From: an uncultured Bacteroidales bacterium
Lineage (GTDB): Bacteria > Bacteroidota > Bacteroidia > Bacteroidales > JADFUO01
Direction: 5' to 3'
NCBI GenBank assembly: GCA_964599115.1
Contig: CAZREZ010000002.1
Coordinates: 1-39,662 of the forward strand
DNA: 39,662 nt
Of the stretch, positions 35,718 through 39,662 are shown in pieces (position 1 is the first letter of the stretch; the number at the start of each line of letters is the position of its first letter). Below the pieces are notes generated by a model. The model saw only the letters and a list, made by a program, of their open reading frames with translations, was not told the DNA's origin and did not search any database. The translations under genes and the position numbers were made by a program.

Positions 35718-36743
35718 ATGAACGAAAATCTTGATCCAGGCGGCAAACATTTAAGTCAGGCAGAAAAAGAAATTGAAATGGTTTTACGACCATCCGACTT
35801 TAGTGGCTTTTTTGGTCAGCTAAAAGTAGTTGAAAACCTGAAAATATTTGTAGAAGCTACAAAACAGAGAAGCGAAGCGCTGGATCATATATTGTTGCAT
35901 GGACCTCCAGGATTGGGTAAAACAACTCTTTCTTACATAATTGCTAATGAGCTGGAAGTTAATATCAGGGTGTCTTCAGGTCCGGTGCTTGATAAACCGG
36001 GCGATCTTGCAGGCTTGCTTACAAATCTTGAAGAAAATGATGTTCTTTTTATTGATGAGATTCACAGGTTAAGCCCTGTTGTTGAAGAATATTTATATTC
36101 TGCCATGGAAGACTATAAGATTGATATTATGATTGAAACCGGTCCGAATGCCAGAAGCGTACAAATAAATTTAAGTCCGTTTACTCTTATAGGTGCTACT
36201 ACACGCTCCGGATTACTAACTGCTCCTCTCAGGTCGCGTTTTGGAATAAACTTACGGTTATCATATTACGAAGCTGATATACTGAAAAAAATTATCCATC
36301 GTTCTGCAAAAATCTTAAGAGTTGCTATCAACGATAATGCTGCTGATGAAATTGCCAGACGTAGCAGGGGAACACCAAGAATTGCCAATTTACTTTTAAG
36401 GAGAGTAAGAGATTTTGCCCAAATAAAAGGAGATGGTAATATTGATATTGATATTTCCCAAATTGCCCTTTCAGCTCTTAATGTTGATAAAAACGGTCTT
36501 GATGAAATGGATAACAAGATTCTTTTAACAATTATTGATAAATTTAAAGGCGGACCTGTTGGAATTACTACTATTGCAACTGCTGTAGCAGAAGAGGCAG
36601 GTACTATTGAAGAAGTATATGAACCCTTTTTGATCCAGGAAGGATATTTGATGAGAACTCCAAGAGGAAGAGAAGCAACGGAAATGGCATATAAACATCT
36701 TGGGAAAATAAAATATTCAGAGCAAAGGAAACTGTTTGATTAA
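35718..36743 (+). CDS. ruvB: Holliday junction branch migration DNA helicase RuvB
   Basis: Motifs include Walker [11 protein letters not shown], Walker [10 protein letters not shown], sensor [16 protein letters not shown], and the C-terminal winged helix. Confidence 0.95.
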   Translation: MNENLDPGGKHLSQAEKEIEMVLRPSDFSGFFGQLKVVENLKIFVEATKQRSEALDHILLHGPPGLGKTTLSYIIANELEVNIRVSSGPVLDKPGDLAGLLTNLEENDVLFIDEIHRLSPVVEEYLYSAMEDYKIDIMIETGPNARSVQINLSPFTLIGATTRSGLLTAPLRSRFGINLRLSYYEADILKKIIHRSAKILRVAINDNAADEIARRSRGTPRIANLLLRRVRDFAQIKGDGNIDIDISQIALSALNVDKNGLDEMDNKILLTIIDKFKGGPVGITTIATAVAEEAGTIEEVYEPFLIQEGYLMRTPRGREATEMAYKHLGKIKYSEQRKLFD

Positions 36744-36776
36744 TGTGTTTGTCAATAAAATTTCAATTAAGTTTTT

Positions 36777-37721
36777 GTGAACTTATCTAAAAATAAAGAC
36801 AAGCTAACCCTGCTTATCAAATCAAGTGCTTATGAACTTGATTTTTCATTTTGTGGTGTGTCGAAAGCTGATTATCTTAAAGATGAAGCTGTAAAGCTGA
36901 AAAATTGGCTTGATAATAAAAAACACGGGCAAATGACTTACATGCAGAATAATTTTGAAAAACGACTTAACCCAGGTTTATTGGTTGAAAATGCTAAATC
37001 AATTATTTCAGTTCTGTTAAACTATTATCCTAAAACAAAACTTACAACGGAAAATAATTACAAAATTGCAAAATACGCTTATGGCAAAGATTATCATTTT
37101 GTATTAAAGAATAAATTACATAAACTTATATCAATAATTGAAAATAATACCGGTAAAAGAAATTACCGTGTATTTGTTGATTCGGCGCCGGTTATGGAAA
37201 AAGCATGGGCACAAAAAAGCGGCTTGGGCTGGATTGGGAAAAATACCTGTTTGATAAATAAAAAAATCGGTTCTTTCTTTTTTATCGGGCAAATTATTAT
37301 TGACCTTGAGTTAAATTATGATAAACCTGGGAAAAATTATTGTGGTGATTGTACAAAATGTATTGATGCCTGTCCGACCGGTGCAATAACCAAACCCTTT
37401 GAAATTGATGCAAACAAGTGTATTTCTTATCTTACAATTGAATATAAAAATAAACTTCCTAATGAGTTAAAAAGTAAATTCAATAACTGGATTTTCGGTT
37501 GTGATGTTTGTCAGGATGTTTGCCCGTGGAACAGATTTGCAAAACCTCACAATGAGCCTGCATTTTATCCAAATGAAGGATTACAAAAAATGAAAAAAAC
37601 CGATTGGGAGAATCTTGATGAGGTAAAATTCAAAAAAATTTTTACGGATTCTGCAGTGAAACGAATTAATTTTGAAGAATTAAAACGGAATATTGAGTTT
37701 GTGAAATCTATGTTATACTAA
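36777..37721 (+). CDS. queG: tRNA epoxyqueuosine(34) reductase QueG
   Basis: Two 4Fe-4S motifs are present (CGDCTKCIDACPTGA and CDVCQDVCPWN), along with YAYGKDYH and GLGWIGKNT. The start codon is GTG. Confidence 0.88.
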   Translation: MNLSKNKDKLTLLIKSSAYELDFSFCGVSKADYLKDEAVKLKNWLDNKKHGQMTYMQNNFEKRLNPGLLVENAKSIISVLLNYYPKTKLTTENNYKIAKYAYGKDYHFVLKNKLHKLISIIENNTGKRNYRVFVDSAPVMEKAWAQKSGLGWIGKNTCLINKKIGSFFFIGQIIIDLELNYDKPGKNYCGDCTKCIDACPTGAITKPFEIDANKCISYLTIEYKNKLPNELKSKFNNWIFGCDVCQDVCPWNRFAKPHNEPAFYPNEGLQKMKKTDWENLDEVKFKKIFTDSAVKRINFEELKRNIEFVKSMLY

Positions 37722-37762
37722 TGCGGAACAGAAATGCAAAAGTTTTATAGGTCTGTTCCGCA
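37722..37762 (+). repeat. Perfect 11-bp inverted repeat/hairpin immediately after the queG stop
   Basis: The arm tgcggaacaga (37722..37732) pairs with tctgttccgca (37752..37762), with a 19-nt loop. No T-tract follows (cgcataac). Confidence 0.5.
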
Positions 37763-37843
37763 CGCATAACTACTTCTAAACAGCTATGCTTCGTCCCGAA
37801 TTTTTCAGCGATTTTTTAAGTATAATTTAGTTTAGTAATTCCT

Positions 37844-39109
37844 TTACTTAAATCTAAAATCTACTTTAAAATTATAAAGCCACGGAACTCTTGGATCAAT
37901 ACCTTCGGCTTCTAATTTATTTGGAAGATTTTCATAATAATTTTGCAAATTTAATTCTTTTGGCAAATTATAGCAAGTTATAATAATTGTATCATCTTTC
38001 ACTTTAATATCACCATCAATTTTACTAAATACGGCATCTGCTAAATGAGTTGCATTCCAGCGATCATAAGGCTTTGGTAGTTTTTGTCTAAATTGATATG
38101 TAGCTGCTTGGGATAATAATGCTAAAGACATTTTACCATAACGAATATTAAGATTAAATGTTGAAGCTCTATCAAATCCCATCGCACCATCAAAATTGAA
38201 GAAATCTTCTATTGACCATCTTTCTCCATACTTTTCACTCAACAGGGTTACAGCAGGTTTTTTAGATATTGTTAAAAATGATTTGTACTTGTATTTACTT
38301 TCAATTTCGCCTTCCCTTTGCACTATTAGCCGGAATTTTTCTTTATGTCCTGAGAAATTAAAGAGTGTTTCTGCTATTGCATATCCAGCCCATTTACACT
38401 GGAATTTAAGTGATCTTTCTATTTTCTTTATTCTATCATAAGATATTACCGGAACAAGGAACTCAAACTGCCCATCCTTTTTTAAGCCATGTAACAGGTC
38501 ACTTGTAAAATGTTCTTTGTCTGCCAGTACCAGCGCTTTGTTATGAATTATATTATTTGACATTTTCAATAAATCAAAAGTTGCTTTTGTCGTATTAGTT
38601 CCTGGTGAGCCTATACCAAAACCAATAGGTTGACCTGTACCGGTATCTAAAGAGAAGAAAGTCTGTAACATCTTTTTTGATGGTTCTTGTGGCTGTTTCT
38701 TTTTTTTAGGCATTACTCTTTTACTGGTAGTTATTATACGGTGGGGATCAACAGCAATAGTCTCCCCTTTATAATGCCCAAGGTTTGATCGTATCATTGA
38801 TAATGTTACCTGCATGTCTTGTGCTTGAGCAACAGTATGTTTTTCAAGAAAGTTATGGACAGCTTCATCACTTGCAAGAAACCCCAAGCCGTTCAATAGT
38901 TCAAAGCCCTGATGGGTTATGTAATTTTTATTCCTGACCCTGTTTTGGCAAATTGCAGCCTCATTGACAATCTGCATGGCAATGCGTGGCTCGATATAAG
39001 TACAGTTGTGACCACTAAAACCCTTTATTAAGTCCCAACTACCAAGCCGGAGGTGTTCTGCCACAAGAAACCAAAGCCCGACCATCGTGCTGCACACTTT
39101 GTTTGACAA
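37844..39109 (-). CDS. IS orfB: DDE transposase catalytic part (track start is TTG 39109; the frame is open upstream to about 39270)
   Basis: The DDE context is listed under the mobile-element entry. No ATG lies near the 5' end. The frame stays open back across the A8 tract, where it overlaps orfA in the -1 frame. Confidence 0.75.
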   Translation of the reverse strand: MSNKVCSTMVGLWFLVAEHLRLGSWDLIKGFSGHNCTYIEPRIAMQIVNEAAICQNRVRNKNYITHQGFELLNGLGFLASDEAVHNFLEKHTVAQAQDMQVTLSMIRSNLGHYKGETIAVDPHRIITTSKRVMPKKKKQPQEPSKKMLQTFFSLDTGTGQPIGFGIGSPGTNTTKATFDLLKMSNNIIHNKALVLADKEHFTSDLLHGLKKDGQFEFLVPVISYDRIKKIERSLKFQCKWAGYAIAETLFNFSGHKEKFRLIVQREGEIESKYKYKSFLTISKKPAVTLLSEKYGERWSIEDFFNFDGAMGFDRASTFNLNIRYGKMSLALLSQAATYQFRQKLPKPYDRWNATHLADAVFSKIDGDIKVKDDTIIITCYNLPKELNLQNYYENLPNKLEAEGIDPRVPWLYNFKVDFRFK

Positions 39110-39228
39110 GGATTCCCTGACTTTTCTTTCATTGCTTTGGCTATCTGTTTTTATAGTTTGGGTTTTCCGCTTAGAAACAATAATTTCGACTTCTTCCTTT
39201 TCTTTTTTCCTTGATTCTTTTTCAGGGT

Positions 39229-39612
39229 TTAAGTTATGCGTTTTTTTTGGAGCCCGTATTCTGTTATCGTGCGCTCAATACTCCGCACACTTACCTTATA
39301 TCCATTTTGTTTCATTTTTTGGGCTATTACATCAGACCCTGAATCAGGGTCTAAAAAGCGCAACCTTATTATTTGGTTGGTAACCTCTTGAGTCCTTACG
39401 TGTTGCCTTAATGGCCCTTTTTTCTTACCTATGAGCCCTGCCGATCCTTCCTTTTTAAACCTTTTTAGCAGCTTATAATACCATTGTAATGTATACCCGT
39501 ATTTTTTTATCGCTTCTCCCGGACCAATAGTACAATGTGCTTCAAATAGCATAGCAAATTTTAAGCCTGTTTTGTCTTGTTCTTTTATAACAAAATCATT
39601 TCCATTAATCAT
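39229..39612 (-). CDS. IS orfA: helix-turn-helix DNA-binding protein (127 aa)
   Basis: Two HTH-like segments are present: ..GEAIKKYGYTLQWYYKLLKRFKKEG.. and ..DVIAQKMKQNGYKVSVRSIERTITEYGL... The ORF ends 10 nt after the A8 tract. Confidence 0.75.
   Translation of the reverse strand: MINGNDFVIKEQDKTGLKFAMLFEAHCTIGPGEAIKKYGYTLQWYYKLLKRFKKEGSAGLIGKKKGPLRQHVRTQEVTNQIIRLRFLDPDSGSDVIAQKMKQNGYKVSVRSIERTITEYGLQKKRIT
39241..39248 (-). other. A8 homopolymer: candidate -1 programmed frameshift or transcriptional slippage site (A AAA AAA in the orfA frame)
   Basis: In the orfA frame the minus strand reads CTC CAA AAA AAA CGC ATA ACT TAA. The orfB frame reads GCT CCA AAA AAA ACG CAT AAC, which is exactly -1. 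One extra A would fuse both into a single 589-aa ORF. Confidence 0.55.
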
Positions 39613-39662
39613 AGATAATCACGGAATTTTTAATACGTAATCTTATTATCTGTCATCCATAC

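Larger units (their letters stand above)
37844..39612 (-). mobile_element. Insertion-sequence transposase unit (orfA HTH + orfB DDE); the element ends are not defined and may extend past the window
   Basis: Two consecutive minus-strand ORFs overlap in the 0 and -1 frames at an A8 tract. orfB carries a DDE_Tnp_1/IS4-superfamily-like triad context: IAVDPH, VLADKEH and YGERWSIEDFFN. Confidence 0.75.

Noticed and set aside
37763-39662. Terminal inverted repeats and target-site duplication of the IS element.
   Set aside because: Comparing 37763..37843 with the reverse complement of 39613..39662 gave only a trivial AATTCC match. The right end probably lies outside the window, so the element boundaries cannot be called.
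1-39662. CRISPR arrays, rRNA genes, retron-like ncRNA next to the OLD gene, and riboswitch-like leaders.
   Set aside because: No regularly spaced direct repeats were seen, and no rRNA-like conserved stretches. All gaps in the OLD operon are 12 nt or shorter, leaving no room for an msr/msd-type ncRNA. None of the longer intergenic regions showed a recognisable structured leader by eye.

Overview
This is an AT-rich chromosomal segment with Bacteroidota hallmarks: TAnnTTTG-type -7 boxes, a lipoprotein glutaminyl-cyclase-like M28 enzyme, several ~800-aa tandem-FtsX (MacB-type) permeases, and a bS22-like micro-ORF beside HU and RNase G.

Contents from left to right:
(1) 1-4416: a tightly packed minus-strand accessory operon. 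Gene order is XRE-HTH, then a small Trp-rich ORF broken by an in-frame TAA, then an AlbA_2/Schlafen-like + HATPase_c_4 + wHTH + KTSC fusion protein, then a free-standing KTSC protein, then an OLD-family ABC-ATPase/Toprim nuclease. The OLD gene runs off the window edge and is absent from the supplied ORF track. A perfect palindrome overlaps the operon's putative -7 box. This operon is my best candidate for an undescribed defence-type system.
(2) 4669-5676: an M28/glutaminyl-cyclase-like lipoprotein.
(3) 5688-21062: a sigma-54 two-component pair divergent from a HlyD adaptor, four paralogous MacB-type permeases, one ABC ATPase and an orphan 111-aa ORF.
(4) 21073-21327: a 5'-truncated LytTR gene remnant.
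(5) 21439-37721: housekeeping genes. These are lnt, hflX, a membrane protein, trpS (interrupted by an in-frame TAG), rng, a bS22-like micro-ORF, hup, a three-gene biotin carboxylase operon, tRNA-Arg(UCG), fba, USP-SPOR-USP, ruvB and queG.
(6) 37844-39612: an IS-type transposase split into orfA/orfB at an A8 tract that fits a -1 frameshift.

I saw no CRISPR array and no rRNA. All domain calls come from reading motifs by eye; no database search was possible.
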